64,000 bases of DNA from Epiperipatus broadwayi (taxonomy: Eukaryota > Animalia > Onychophora). The notes beneath the pieces were generated by a model, which made no database searches, had not been told where the DNA came from, and was given only the letters and a program-made list of their open reading frames with translations. The position numbers were made by a program, and so were the translations under genes. The DNA is taken from NCBI GenBank assembly GCA_028023455.1, contig JAQFVV010000010.1, forward strand, positions 13,702,001 to 13,766,000, read 5' to 3'. The first letter of the stretch is position 1, and each line of letters starts with the position of its first letter. This document shows, piece by piece, positions 28,301 through 42,362 of the stretch.

Positions 28301-29259
28301 TATGGTTTAATGAAATAATAAAGTAACAGACTTCAAAGCTAAATGTTCATGGGTTGTGGTTCACTGTCACTTCTAGTACTCAAACAGCTCAAAAAAAAAC
28401 TCCAGTGCAATAAGTAATCAATTATTTATTTTCTTAACTAAAATCTTTCTATGTTGCATTAAAAATATTAGTTAGATTCTGTAGACCATTTTTCAAAATT
28501 GCAAGAATAGAGTAGTTATCAAATTATTGTAAATTCTAAAACGAGAAGTGCTTTTGCATTCAATCAATTCAAATTTACAAATTACACTTAATTTGTATTA
28601 ATAGTTTGAAAAGCTACCAACATAAAAACTGACAACAAAATTAGACTTTGTATAACACCAGTTTTCATTTTATTTAGATTCGATTAATTAATCAGGTTTA
28701 TAACATTATTTGAAATTAATTAATTGTCTACCACAGTTTATTCATATCAAACAGCTTCTACATGATAAAATAAAAATTGTTTTTTGTTTCAGATTTTCTA
28801 TTATTTCATCTCATTTCATTACGTAGCTTTATAATATGAATACACTTTGGTGGACATACAACTAATTTCAAACAACCTGATTAATTCCATCGGTATAATA
28901 TCAAAAAATATCAATGGATAGCTATTTAATTTCAAACAATGCCATAGACCTATTCATTTAATTGTGTCAAACACCTTGGCCAAATCAATAAAAGCAATAT
29001 ATAAATTATTCTTTTGTTTCGAATACTTTTCTTGCATTGCCTGGCAGCAAAAACTATGTCAGTAATACTTTTTGATTCTCTAAAATCAGTCTCTGGCAAT
29101 CATTCATCTACGATTAGAAATAATCTATTCAATAAAATCAATGAAAGCATTTTTGCTGTAGTAACATACAATAATAACTACAATCTTGTCTATCTCCACT
29201 ATTTTTAAAAATTAAAACTATATTTCAAAAAATGTCACAACTTCATAAGACCATATATT

Positions 29260-29435
29260 ATCAGAAGTATATTCCCTTATTCTTCTCTTTCACTTTCTTT
29301 AATTAAAGCCGAGAAAAAGATTAGAGCTCTGATGAAGACTGCTGAACAGTCGAAACTGTAAGGAAAATAAAGAGGTTTTTAAGAAAATTAGTTTGCATTG
29401 AAGTGTATAGGAAAGAAGTGTTATAAGCAATATAT
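29260..29435 (+). mobile_element. 176-bp HHR insertion (inverted tail plus one HHR arm), family A2
   Basis: 15-bp TSD ataagaccatatatt at 29245-29259 and 29436-29450. Confidence 0.85.
29329..29360 (+). ncRNA. Minimal hammerhead ribozyme, core intact
   Basis: CUGAUGA-A-GACUG-CUGAA-CAGUC-GAAAC-U-GUA. Stem I is weak (2 bp). Confidence 0.65.
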
Positions 29436-32171
29436 ATAAGACCATATATTCCTATAAAAATTTCAATATTTTTGAAGCTAACATATGACCATCATATTTT
29501 AAAACCTTCTCGCTATCTCATTAACAGCATTTTCATTTTTAAGATCATAAAAATCCATTTAAACATCTTTAAATTGGGTGTCTTTGTTTGAATCTAAATA
29601 AGTGCATAGAATAAATATTAGTAAAAGTCATTATTACAATTTTTGTATCATTATTCAAAAATATCACAATTTTTCCTTCATCTGTTTGAAATGTCATTGT
29701 TATCACAAAGAGAGTACCAATCATGGATTTAATTCCATATGTTACTTTCAATGCATTAAAAAGCATCTAAAATTATTATATCAATGAATGTCTATATCTT
29801 TTCTGCAGTGGAATTCACCGATTACTTTTGAGCTTTCATATAAGGCTTTTAAATCTCTATATTGATTACGAATTCCACATTCAATTATTATTATTATTAT
29901 TTTTTTTTTTTGGCATTGTGTTTTATTGGCTCAATGTGATGGCTTGATTATATGATATAGGAACAACAAAATTTTTATATTTAAAATAGAGGTACAACCA
30001 AGAGTCTTTTATTTCTTTAAAAAAATCTTACATGAATTCTGAACGTAAAAATCGACTAGGAATTGTTTCCTCGGTGAAGAAAAGTCAGGTGCCTTTTTTA
30101 ATTACATTTATACAGAACTATAAATAAATAAATAAATAAAAATATGCACAAATGCAGATATACACAACATTTGTGTGTGTGTATGTCTATTAAGTATACA
30201 CAAATATAAAGATAATTTTAGTACAAGAAAACTATTTGTTTGTTTGTTAATAACACTCTGGGTGATTGGTTGCCTAGATTTATGTAACAATAAAAATAGT
30301 TCTTAATATAGAGTTTTGTTAGGGCTATTAATTTCTTTTTGTTTGTTTCATCTTAGAAGAAAACAAAGACATTATTATGAAGGTGAAAATTTTCCTGAGA
30401 AAACTTACCCATGTCAGATTTTTGAAGTTGAATTGCCATATTTCCAAGTCACAATGTTAAAAAAAATTGGCTTATCATAGCCTAAAAGATTAGCATAAAG
30501 TGTTACTAGAGAACTGGAGAATTGTGTAAGTTCTGTGAAGATTTTTTTCTCTTAATCTTTCGGAGTAAACGTATATTAAAAGATTTGCAGCCATTATTGC
30601 TATATGTAATTGACTGAACAATGTGATATGTTTCTATGATTTAATTTGCTTATATGTTCAATAAAAATTCAGAATATTGATGTAAAAATCTACATGTAAG
30701 AATTTTTATTAGGCATGTATTCCCTATTTAGAAGGAACTAAACCTTCACACATGTGCTGTGTATTTATACTGTATGAATTTTACATGCACTTCTTTATAA
30801 TACCAACTTTTTGAATAGCTCTACCAAATTCTATAAACCTTCTGTTTCTATTATCAATTCTAATTAGCTATTAGTAATTATCAGATGAATTTGATTTAAA
30901 GAATGAGGTTAGCATAGTGACTGTATAATTAAATTAATATACATACTTACGAAATATGTTCTTCAACTGAACAAAATAGAAATAAAACAATCCCATAACC
31001 TTTTTTTTAATGCCTACAAGAACCATCTCTCCATACAAAACTGCCACCCAGTGTAAGCTTTAGTAATCAATAATTACTAGAAAGTTATGCATAATAATCC
31101 CTATTCAGTGTAGGGATTATGATGCCCAATCTTTTAGCACCTATCAATTACTAGGGCTTAAATTAGGTGGCAATATTGAATGGAAAATTTTGCTATAAAA
31201 TAGAATTAGTTAGTAAGCATCTATTGAAGTAACAAATTCAATGGACAATCTATTATTAATCCACAGATTAATAATGACAGTTTGGATAACAATCTAATAA
31301 TGGATTCAGCAGCTATTAATATGCACATTGTTCCCTTTGTAAGATTGGTGCAAAGTATAGAACTTAGGGAAATAAAAGTTTATTGAAAATTACTCTGGAA
31401 ACTATCTTGGAATATCTATTCTCCTAAAATCCAAAGGTAGTTCAGGAATTACAAGTCATATTTATTATAATTTTTGTAAGTTTATAAACTACTAAGGAAT
31501 GAATATATAGTTTTATATCACAAGATAGTCTTCTATAAAACTGTATAGAAATGATTAATATCGATCCTACTTGTGTTAGGGTCTATCAAATATTCATTTA
31601 TGCTTCGATTACTGACATTAGTTAAGTACGTATCTGATTCAAAAATGTATTGTATACCAATCAATGTTTATAGTAATCATATCTATATCTGTGATTAAAT
31701 AACATTTAAAAATATGTTTACGTTTTAGCCAATCCTATATGATAACTGGCTACTAAAATAATAAGTTATGGTAATTGGGAATATTTTTTACGACATATAG
31801 CATCTGAATACTCAATGTTATTATTAAAAAAGTTACGAAAGCATTTTACTTCAGTATAACAACAAAAAAAGTAATATATTTTCAAATAGTAAAATAAATA
31901 ACATTATTCTTTCATTATAACAAATTTTAAATCTTTAAAAATAGTGGTATATTATGCAGCAGTACAATGTAATTTTCATTCAGTAAATTTTTTTATTAAT
32001 GTAGTATGTACATAATGAAAGTAATAGGCTAAGAAAAAAATAAAAATATATGAATCTTTTTCAAAATGAAGTAAAAGGAGATCTCGCTTAAACTACCTTG
32101 ATGTATACACACTGCAACTTTAATCTCCGCTAAAAGGAAATAATTCAGTTCTGACATTAACTTAGTTATGT

Positions 32172-32462
32172 GGAATTATAAATTTATTTAAATGCACATT
32201 GATTATGTAAGTAATATTTACTACGGTTATAATCTCAAGAATATGCGTGTAAAAATTTGATAATAGGGACCTCTACAGGTCTTAACCACAAGCTTACATT
32301 TTGGAAGAAAAGCTTCACCTATTTATATAGAAAGTAGGTTGAAGTAAAAAAGGGGTCCCCCTCTTTTCTTCCAAAATGTAAGCTTGTGGTTAAGGCCTGT
32401 AGAGGTCCCTACTATCACATTTTTATGTGAATATTCTTGAGGTTACAGCCTTAGTAAATATT
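32172..32462. mobile_element. Palindromic insertion (37-bp tail plus ~105-bp arms), no recognisable HHR
   Basis: Arms 32209-32314 and 32363-32467. 12-bp TSD acttagttatgt at 32160-32171 and 32463-32474. Confidence 0.85.
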
Positions 32463-33889
32463 ACTTAGTTATGTTGGGTAACTTTGTTATTATTTGTTTA
32501 AAAAAACACATGTATACAAATTTTGATTATTAATCAACTAAACTCATAATAAAAAGATTTATCCATAATGCATTTTAATATTAGATTTAATAAATTATTT
32601 TTATTAAAAAAAAAAAAAGACTGACAGAGGAATAGATGCATATGCTGCACATCCTTTAAAATAAAAACAACTTAAGAATAGCATAGTCATAATGTTATTT
32701 AATAGTTGTAAATATTTATGATTGGCAATTACATAAGCTAAGAACATTAACAAGTTTTATTATATATTACCTATATACAACCTTAATGATAATCAAGTTG
32801 GATTTAAAATAAACAATTACTAGTAGAACATTATTCTTATTATTACTATATGATTATATAATATTATTATTAGCAGCTTCTTATAAATGAGGCAGAGAGA
32901 AAAACATCGAAGTCATTAAAGTGAGAATTTGTATGTGTGTAATTAAAAGACAGAAATGTTGCACAAAACACAATTCCATAGTCAAACTTAAATCAGAAAA
33001 ATGACCAATAGACAACGAACTAAGACACCAACCTTTGTATTAATTTAAGTTACTTAAGGACAATAAGGTAAAATAAAATGCTAGAGGAAAAAAATTATAA
33101 TGAATTTAATTATAGTTTTCATATATAATATTATTAGTGATTTAAGTTGGAAAGAAGAGTATATCAAAAATATATTTATATCACTTTATTTTAATTTACT
33201 TAAGTAATATATGACATTATTAAAAAAAATTATATCAAAGTTGATACTATTTTATCTACAAACCAAGTATACTATAGACAGCTTTTAAAATAATATATAT
33301 ATATATATTTTAAAAACCACATATTTAATTTGAGGACTAATAAATTAAAAATATATGTTTTTTCCTTTGCCACAATATTGGTTGATATATATAACTTTAA
33401 ATAAAAGCCGTTCATAAATTAATTAATTCAAGCAATAGAGAGTATTTAATTTGATCACAAATTGTATTGATTGAATTAATTAATTTATAGATACTCCGTG
33501 CTTTTATTCAATGTTACATATAATAGCCCAAATTATAGTCCAAGTAAAAAATTATTCTTTGCTTCTTGGTGCATTAGTCCTCAAATTAAATAAAAGCATT
33601 TTTTTTAAAAATATTTTTACATACATTATTTTTCAGTTTTTAGTATTTGGTAAGCGTGTTAAGTGCAAATATTGATAAATTACAATCATAAAAGAAAAGT
33701 GTGTTATATATTTTACATAAAATCATTTAAAATCCATTACAAGATTTTTGTTTTAATGAAGGCACCACAAACTTTATATAAGCAATTAAGCGGGATTCGA
33801 ACTCAGACTTTCACATGATCCACAACTCTCAGTGCCATCTTATATTGCTGACCCACCTGATCACACACACGTTGAAAAGATAAATAATC

Positions 33890-33933
33890 ACCAATACACG
33901 TATTTTGTGCTAAATCAGCACTCATCAATTGGT
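33890..33933 (-). ncRNA. Hammerhead motif, family B (C3 and G12 mutated)
   Basis: ACCAA-UUGAUGA-GUGCU-GAUUU-AGCAC-AAAA-UACGUG-UA-UUGGU. Confidence 0.6.
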
Positions 33934-34099
33934 CTAGATTACTATCTCCACACATATATACAGTCAATACTCAGCTTTATATTAAGATAGTCAATCTAAG
34001 ATTTGTGGGTTGGAGTAGTTTGAATTAACGTATGAAGAATGGCTATCTTAATATAAAGCTGAGTACTGATTGTATATATGTGTAAAGATGGTAATCTGG

Positions 34100-34143
34100 A
34101 CCAACTGATGATTGCTGGTTTAGCATGAAATATGTATATTGGT
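34100..34143 (+). ncRNA. Hammerhead motif, family B
   Basis: ACCAA-CUGAUGA-UUGCU-GGUUU-AGCAU-GAAA-UAUGUA-UA-UUGGU. Stem I ACCAA/UUGGU is perfect. Confidence 0.65.
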
Positions 34144-34759
34144 GATTATTTATCTTTTCGACATATGTGTTCAAGTGTATCACTATTATGAGATAGAATG
34201 GAGAGTGGTGGGTCGTGTGAAAGTCTGTGCTCATATACCCTATATATTACATATATAGATATAAGTATATAATAAGACTGGGTTTCAGTTATTAATTAGT
34301 AATTTATTAAATATTAGAAAATATTTACTAGAAATTAAAAATCTTGAATACAAGTTTCATTAGCATACTAAAATTAAATCTATATTTTAAAGATAAGGGA
34401 AACATTCTGCTACAGCATAGTGTATTTTTAAATAGAGTATTGTATAAGCTTTAAGGTATCAGAAATGTTTACGAAATAATGAGCTTATGATTACATATAT
34501 ACATTTTATTCTTCATTGGCAAAATGTGAAAATGTAATTGTTTTGAAATTTTTATCATTTAAAAAGAAATGTATTCATTTATTAAACTATTACAATGTGC
34601 AATTTAATAATGTGAATTGTATATGGTTGATAGTTGTGTTCATTTTATATCTTATTGCATATATGAATGTGAATTTATCTTGGTAACTTCTAAATTATAT
34701 TTATATTTTATTTCAGAAAAGATATTTTTTTAAGCCTATACCTTTCTATATATGAAATA

Positions 34760-37700
34760 TTTTTTTATTTAAAAAAACATAGAATAGATTAGTACAATGT
34801 TTATAGATTACAAATAATACATTATTTACATACATAGTATTGACATTAAAAAAAATTAATAATAGTAAATGAAACAAAAAAAATATTATAATGGTGTTGG
34901 GAAAGTAACCACAGACTCCATGTAGCATTAACGATGTTTGGTGGGGCAAGTGCCTGATCTTTGTTTTTAATTTTTGAAATTTTATTAAAAAACAGTGATT
35001 ATAATTTCTTAGATATAAGGTTGAAGCAAAGATGGCATCGTATGAACGAAAGAGTATACATAAGGAAAATAGTGATTCTAATTAAAGAAAAAAAGCTTTT
35101 TTTTATATACTATCAATAAAAATAACACTAGAAGAAATATGAGATTTAATAAATGACTTAATGATGTTTCTATATATGAGAAAAGCCACTGGATTTGAAA
35201 ATGGTGTATTGTTTCTTCAGACTGATGACAAAGAGAGCAAGCTGGATCAATGTTGGTAAAAGACCTTCTCTGTGATAAGAAATGACTAGTAGGTAGAGTC
35301 TCCAAATTAATTTTAGTAACGAAATCAAGATATTTTGGCTCTAGGTACCAGAATTTGAATATTTTGATTATTTGTTTATTAGTGACTTTTAAGAGTAGAT
35401 GGAAAAGGATGGACCATGTTATAGGCCTCCCAAAAGATTATTATTCTGGAGAATGTCTGAACATCAATGTCAATATTAGAAGCTACGGGTTTGATTAAGG
35501 AATGAAAAAAAATTAATTTTACACAGTGGAGGTGTATCGGTAGGATTGACTAGAGTAAATTTCATAGTGTGTGGATAAACAGAAATGAATTTAGAAATAG
35601 TACTAAATGATCTCTGAAATAAAAGGTGTGTATTGAATGGAGGGAAAGGCTATTATCTTTGGCATGCATTTGTAAGATTCTAATATCAATTACAACCACC
35701 CTTTTGTTCCAAAATAGTTTTGAGCAAATAGAGTTGATCTTCTTCTTGAAAGCATTGGTATAGTTGACAATTGGCATATAATAAGTCATCTTTGGAAAAA
35801 TCAGAATGTTAATGAGGAATACTTTTGCGTGGAGCAAAAGGTACACTTTAGAAAGAGATTTAGTTACATTTTCAGCAGATGTAAGAATGGAGTCCTGAAT
35901 GGCTGTTCTCATAGCAGTCATAGGCTTGTAAATGGGAAATCCAAGTAAGTTGTGAGGCGGTGCAGTGAATGGAGAAGAATACCCTTACTAGTGGTGATAC
36001 TCCATGTGAATGATTTATCAAGATTAAACTGAGGTTCATATTGAGCCATATTATTTTCCAGAATAGCAATAAGTGAAGAGAGGTATTTCTTGGAGGGAAG
36101 GAATACAACAAGATCATCCATGATCACCATTCCTTATGCTTACACTGACTGGCAATATGTATGGAGAGTTTTGCCTGTTTTACGATCATTCATGAATGAT
36201 ATATGCTTAACCGCTTTGTCAATCAATGGAACATGTACACAAGGCAATTTTCTCTCTATTTCCAGAAGCAATGTGTTTACATAAGTTATAAAAAAAAATC
36301 CACTCAACAAGGAACCTTAAGGAATAGTTATAGGGTTTGAATGAAAGTGTAATTTTTCCATTAAGAGTGATAAAAATTTCCCTACTCATTAGAGGGTTGG
36401 CTAAAATATAGATAATTGGAACAGAAATATTATGCAATTTTAATAATTCAATAAGAACATCTGTACAGACATAATCAAAAGCTGAAGCAATATCTAGTTG
36501 TACTACTATGGAACCTGCAAATCTTACTTGGTCAATGACAAGTTTAAAAAGGATGATAGCATCAGAGGTGGAAGCTCCCTTTTTAGCAAACTGCAAGTTT
36601 GAGATTACAGGCAGTATAATAGGCTGTATCTTATCCTTAATAATGGATTCAATGACCTTGATAAGTATAGGTGACATATTAAGAGAAGATGGAATAGTAT
36701 TTTGCTTGAGAAACGTAACTATGGGAAAAAAGTCTATCATATTCATAATGATTGACACTGTAAAGAAACTCATATGCATGAAAAGGTATTTAGGGATCGC
36801 ATGAGGACCAGGGTGGATGTTCTTGAGTAAAGATTTCAGCTTAAGCATTATATCAGACTTTGTGAGACAATGACCCTGATGACCTTCACCAAGAGCAGAA
36901 ACAAGTAGTTCTGGGCGGCTGACATTTTACAACTTAGATTTAAAGTGGTACAAAATAGAAGGTAACATGTTAAGACCTGTGCTGAGATGGTTGTCTACTA
37001 TAATTAAGGATGGGACTGGCTTTTTATTTCTATACAATAAAGCCCAGTGGATGTAGCCTTTCGACCAGTTATGAGGTTAAGCCAAAAAGATGTTAGCCTT
37101 TTTAATAGAAAGATACTCAGCCAAGATAAATTGGGTATGTTTATATTGATGCTTAAGAGACATAATTGAAGGAATAGCAGGGTCACAGAAAGTGGCTTTC
37201 AACTTGAAATTAATAGCATCAAGGTCCTTAACTAAAACTGTGGGTGATTTGTTTTTGCTAGTGTAGTGTCTAATGACTGATTGGATAATATTGATAAATG
37301 AAAACCAAGCTACAGTGAATGGTTGAAAAAGAAAGAATGTCTATCTTCTTAAAATAAATTTCTGAGATTACTGCCTCTGAAGATGTAACTCTCAGTAATG
37401 CTCATATTATATTGTTGTAGCTAAGAATAGGTTGTGTGTGAAAATTAGTATTGTGCTGATAATGCCAGTTGATCTGAAAAAACTACTGATTCCAAAGAAG
37501 GATTAATCATAAAATGCAGATCAGGCGAATAAAATAGAAAATCAATGAGAATTGAATATTTCAAAGTATATATAAGGAGAAGGCATTACTGGTGAAGAAG
37601 CCTTCACCATTCATCAGTTTACAATTAATAAAGTGTAGGTATTTAGCCACAAACTCAGTATAAGGCATATTAAAGTTGCTAAACAGATTAGGAAAAGGGT

Positions 37701-38100
37701 TGGATGAAAGCTTAAAGTTAATATGGCATATTGATTAATGAATGAGAGTTGGTCTGTTATATAAATAAAGATAAATTATATTAATTGTGAAAGCAATTTG
37801 GTGAAGGGTAATGATAATCATGTTTTGATCAAGATGTAGAATGTTGAATGATTGAAATGGTGCCCTATTATGAATTAAAATGTCTACCCCCATAGCTGGA
37901 GTATTTGATGTAGAAAATTTGTAAAAACTCAAATTTTCTTAGATGACTTGATATTTGGTCGTGCATGAAGTTTAGTTTCAGAGAAAAAAGTAATATGAGG
38001 TGAAAATTGAGAGATCCAATTGTTAATAACAAACAGCCTTTTGAGAGAGTTCATACCCCTCTCATTAATACCAGTAATATTCAGATGCATTTACCATATA
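34760..38100 (-). mobile_element. L1/Tx1-clade LINE, decayed ORF2 (APE, RT, CCHC)
   Basis: APE start LNITGINERGMNS (~38085), RT VVQLDIASAFDYV, GSLLSG and MDDLVVF, C-terminal CSLCHQSEETIHH, and aataaaaaaa near 34770. Confidence 0.85.
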
Positions 38101-39000
38101 ATTTAAGAGTCAAAGGAATAAGCAGTTAATTACACCTCCCAACCAAATCTTGGTGGAATAGGCACAACCATTCAATGAGGATGTAGGAATGAGCCTGACA
38201 TATAAACAATATTCCACAGAAATCAAACAAGCATAATATATGAGGGGAGATTCATAACTAAAACATTTATAATAAGACATCTTAATAGACAACAAAAAAA
38301 GCAATAATAAATATGTAATAAAGCAAAAACCATTATTTCAGTCACTCATGGTAGACACATTTGTCACTTTCAACTACCGCCAAATCAGAAGAACCACTAG
38401 AGATCTTCCGCATCCAGGTTGCACAATTATTATTGTCAACTCCATTAAAGAATACTTTCTTTTTTGATGATAGGGATGCAACTGTATATCTATAAATATT
38501 ACCACATAAACCTCAACAAAATGAAGAAGCAGAATGGCTTAATCAAAGATTAAAAATACTTGTGATAAAAAAGCAACAGATTACAAGAAATGTTGGTTGA
38601 AACTATATGTAAAGTTAATTCCTAAAGAAAAGAATCTAACAAAATGCAGTAGAGTATGCTAAAACTACTTTCAAATCCAGCTTGTCCTTTAGGTTGGTTA
38701 AAATTCCGAGTTCAATGTTGACAACTTATTATTTGGATAGCTTGTGTATAGAAATCCGTTCTATAATTTCTAATATTTTCTTTATCACTTTTCTTAAATA
38801 TCAATATTACTACCATATTACATTTTTATAGACATTTTGTATACAGGTTTATTATCAATTTTTCTATTTCTTCATCTGCTTTTTTAAAAATATCAATAAT
38901 GATTCCATCATTTCTTGGATATTTTTTCTTTTTCGTAGATTTAATTATATTACTCACCTGAAGTTTTCATTTAAAACATTTGGCAGTTTGGAAGATATAG

Positions 39001-40750
39001 TCATCATCATCATCATTATCAACCATTATCAATCCACTGCAGGATAAAGGTCTCTCCAAGTTTAATCCATCTTCTCCGATCTTTAGCTTCTCTTCTCCAC
39101 ATCAGCCCTACACATTTTCTTATTTCATCCATCCATCTTACATGTGGTCTCCTTCTGGGTCTTTTACAATCTCTTGGAATCCAGTTTAAAATTTCAATTG
39201 TCCATCTATTATCATCTCTTCTAGCAATATGTCCAGCCCAACTCCACTTCAATCTTTTAATTTTTTTCAATGAGGTCAGTAACACCTGTTTGTTCTCTTA
39301 CCCATACATTGCGTTTTCAATCTCTTCTTGTTACTTCCAACATACATCTCTCCATACTTCTTTGAGTGGTCTGAAGTCTCTGTATTGATCTTCTATTAAG
39401 TGTCCAAGTCTCAGATCCATAAGTAAGAACTGGTAAAACACATTTGTTAAAAACCTTTCTTTTCAAACACATAGGCATATTTCCTTTTAATATCAAGTTA
39501 TTTCTACCAAAAGCACTCCAACCAAGTTTAATTCTATGATAAATTTCCTCTATTATGTTTCCATCTGTATTAATAATCTGACCAAGGTATTTGTAACTCT
39601 TAACTTCTTCTAATTCATCATAATCAATCTTTATTTTCATATTTGGAGCAAATCGATTAAACATTACTTTAGTCTTTTTAACATTTATCTTTAGTCCTAC
39701 TTTCATCTGATAACTCCTGCAACATTTCCTGCAGCTCGGAAGCATTATTTGCAAAAACAACTACATCATCTGCGAAATCTAAATGACTTAAATAATCTCC
39801 ATTTACTTTCACTCCTTTAGTTTCCCATTTTAATCCACAAAATACTTCTTGCAGCACTGCTGTAAAAAGTTTTGGAGATATGGAGTCACCTTGTCTTACA
39901 CCTTTCTCAATGTTGACTTTCCCAGTATCATTATGTAATATATCTTGTTTTTTGTTCATTACTATGTAATTCTTTATAGAACTCTTCCACACATTACATG
40001 GTGTCATCCCTTTTTTTAATAATAGTTCTATTGTTTTTTCTTATTGCTAAAATAGCTTTTTTTTCAATACCAATATATTTTTTTACTTTTGAAATTTGTA
40101 TTCACATCTATAACTTTTCTTGCCAAATCACAATTAGATTTTCTTATATCATTATTAATTCCTTCTCATACCATTTATAGAACTCCAATGAATAATTTTT
40201 AAATATTTTCATTTTTCTTCATACTTGTCATCTCAGTCAAACATTTACTGATAAATAGCTTCTTTTTTTATATCACCTACCTTTGTTGCAGGTCATAGTA
40301 AAGTATCAATTATCTGCTTATTGACTTCAATTATTTTTGAACTATTTACAATGTCTGCCAACATTTAAAATCAATCAGCAAGTTCTAATTTAAATCCATT
40401 TGAGTTATTCTGAAGATTAGAAATATTAATTATGAATACTGGCTTTTAAAATAGTCTTCTCTTTAGTTCTGCATTAATATGCATCTTAATCTCATTAATC
40501 ATTTCCTGTATTGAATCTATCTTGAAATACATATTTTCTTTTATAATCCAGTTCTGATCTACCTTCCTCTGGATGCTTCCATATTCATTTCTGTTTAATA
40601 TTTTCTCCAAGAAAGAATTCACAATATAGTCTTTTGCTCTCACTTCAAAGCAAATGATAAATTTCCATTTATTAATTTTCATTCAATATGGAAGCTTATC
40701 TAAATTTTTGTTATTATGATCCTCAATAACTAACCTTAATAAATTAAGTA
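39001..40750 (-). mobile_element. RTE-clade LINE, 5'-truncated
   Basis: GVRQGDSISPKLF, HLDFADDVV, YKYLGQ, CVLPVLTYGSETW and KWSWAGHIARRDDNRW; (GAT)n 3' tail at 39001-39018. Confidence 0.95.
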
Positions 40751-42239
40751 AACAACTAAAATTAAAATAATGTTTTGCATTTTAATTATTAACAAACATA
40801 TTTATAAAATCCAATACAAAATATTCTTATATAGTATAATAACGAATATATAAAATCTTATAGCACATAAACTAATATTAAATATGACCTGCAAAAAGTG
40901 GATTCATTCTTTTTTAAACTATCATAGTATTCAATTAATGCTGAAATAACTACTGTATTTTTCAATTTAATTTGTTATAATTCTTCTTTCTCTGTAAAAA
41001 GGGTTTTTTTTTTTCTTAATCTATTTATTATCTTTATTGTTCAAAATCTATTTTTGGTAGATTAGATTATGTTAAAAATTCTCTGTTTGAATCTTTAATT
41101 AAGTAAATTCTTTAATTAACTTTTTAGTTATTTTTAAAAATCACTTTAAAGTGACTTTTGTCAAACCATTTTTATTTTCTGCAAACTTCACAAGGTCTGT
41201 TATTTTTCATTCTTGTCACCATGTTTATTTTGGCAATTCTAGCATTGGTCTCTCTTGAGAATTTTATTAAATGTTTAGTATGATCAAACTATTTTCTACT
41301 TCTATATAAAAATCACTATTCTTCATCACAATCAACTTATTGGGATATATCAAATATTATTTTCAATGAACGTGCAACTATAGATATTAGAAGAAAAAAA
41401 AAAGACTTCATTTAATCAAAAATTTTGTACGCAGCTCTGCAAATTTTTCGAATAACTTTTTTTGTACAGGTATATAATTGGAATTAAGCAGCCAGCACTA
41501 TTTTTTGTTCATTTATTTTGCACCAAAAGGGTTTATTATTATTAGTTTGATTGCTAAAGATTTTCATCCGTAAATCACTAAAATTATTTCAAAATCTTTT
41601 TTAACAATTCTTATAAGTATTTTTGAATTTACTATAAATAAATTTTGCAATAACTTTGTTAAGCTTTGTATGAAAAACTTGGGTTTAAGATAGAATGGTT
41701 GCAAAAGTTTGTTTACAATTAACTTGGTCATCCTTGTCATTGTTAATAAACTAATTTCACAATTTTAACATAATTGTTTTATCCTGAATTGTAAATTATT
41801 TCTAATATATATTAAAAAGTATCAATAATTTTTATTTTCGGATTAAAGGATTTTTTTCGTAATGTTTTGGATTTGGCAAAAGACAACTATTACAATGCTT
41901 GCATACTTTTTTTTTTTTATATACAATTCATTTTAAAATATTACCTGGATTTAAATAAAGTCGTCTTCCTAACAATGTCAAAAGTTTAAGGATAAATGTA
42001 TTTTCTAGAACAATATCAATAATACTCAGAATGTTAAGAATTATAGAAACTTGTTATAATTTTGAAAACAAAAAATCCATACGGGTCTAAAATAAGGCAA
42101 ACTTTTTTTAAGAAAAAACTTTAAAACATTAGTCTTTTTTTAAATATAAACGACTTTTATGTTAATTAATTACCAAAACATCTATTAAATATTTCAAATA
42201 AAATACTTTCATGTAGAAATAAACTCAAACGAAAAAAAA

Positions 42240-42362
42240 AAAAATCTTGACCACGTGAGATAGAATATCCTCGCTTAATGTGTGAACAATTACGAGATTT
42301 AATTACGAGATTTTAGTATCACTCGCCATTTAGCCTCAGCTGATTGCGATCGCTTTCGGACT
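42240..42362 (+). promoter_or_regulatory. DCAF5 proximal promoter/5' UTR in a CpG-rich region (~41350-43100)
   Basis: E-box cacgtg (~42252), duplicated aattacgagattt and YY1/Pho-like cgccattt (~42324) directly upstream of the ATG. Confidence 0.6.

Larger units (their letters stand above)
27700..29900 (-). pseudogene. Decayed RTE-like LINE reverse transcriptase
   Basis: Minus strand KYSKQKNNLYIAFIDLAKVFDTIK (~29020-28950) and FHYLDNFLSRKVDLDIEVQQ (~28235-28165). Confidence 0.65.
33790..34235. mobile_element. Palindrome family B: HHR in each arm plus a distal tRNA-like (Pol III box) segment
   Basis: Arms ~33800-33990 and 34040-34230. The minus strand at 33790-33850 reads agatggcactgagagttgtgg...gagttcgaatcccgc (B box). 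Confidence 0.8.

Noticed and set aside
30359-30382. Plus-strand micro-exon (EENKDIIMK) joined to the ATG at 5938
   Set aside because: Weak donor (gtgaaa), no homology support, and it competes with a better minus-strand exon nearby.
36508-36804. 98-aa plus-strand ORF
   Set aside because: Antisense shadow of the L1/Tx1 RT. The same applies to 60889-61338 (RTE), 47823-48074 (mariner) and 24434-24643 (PLE).
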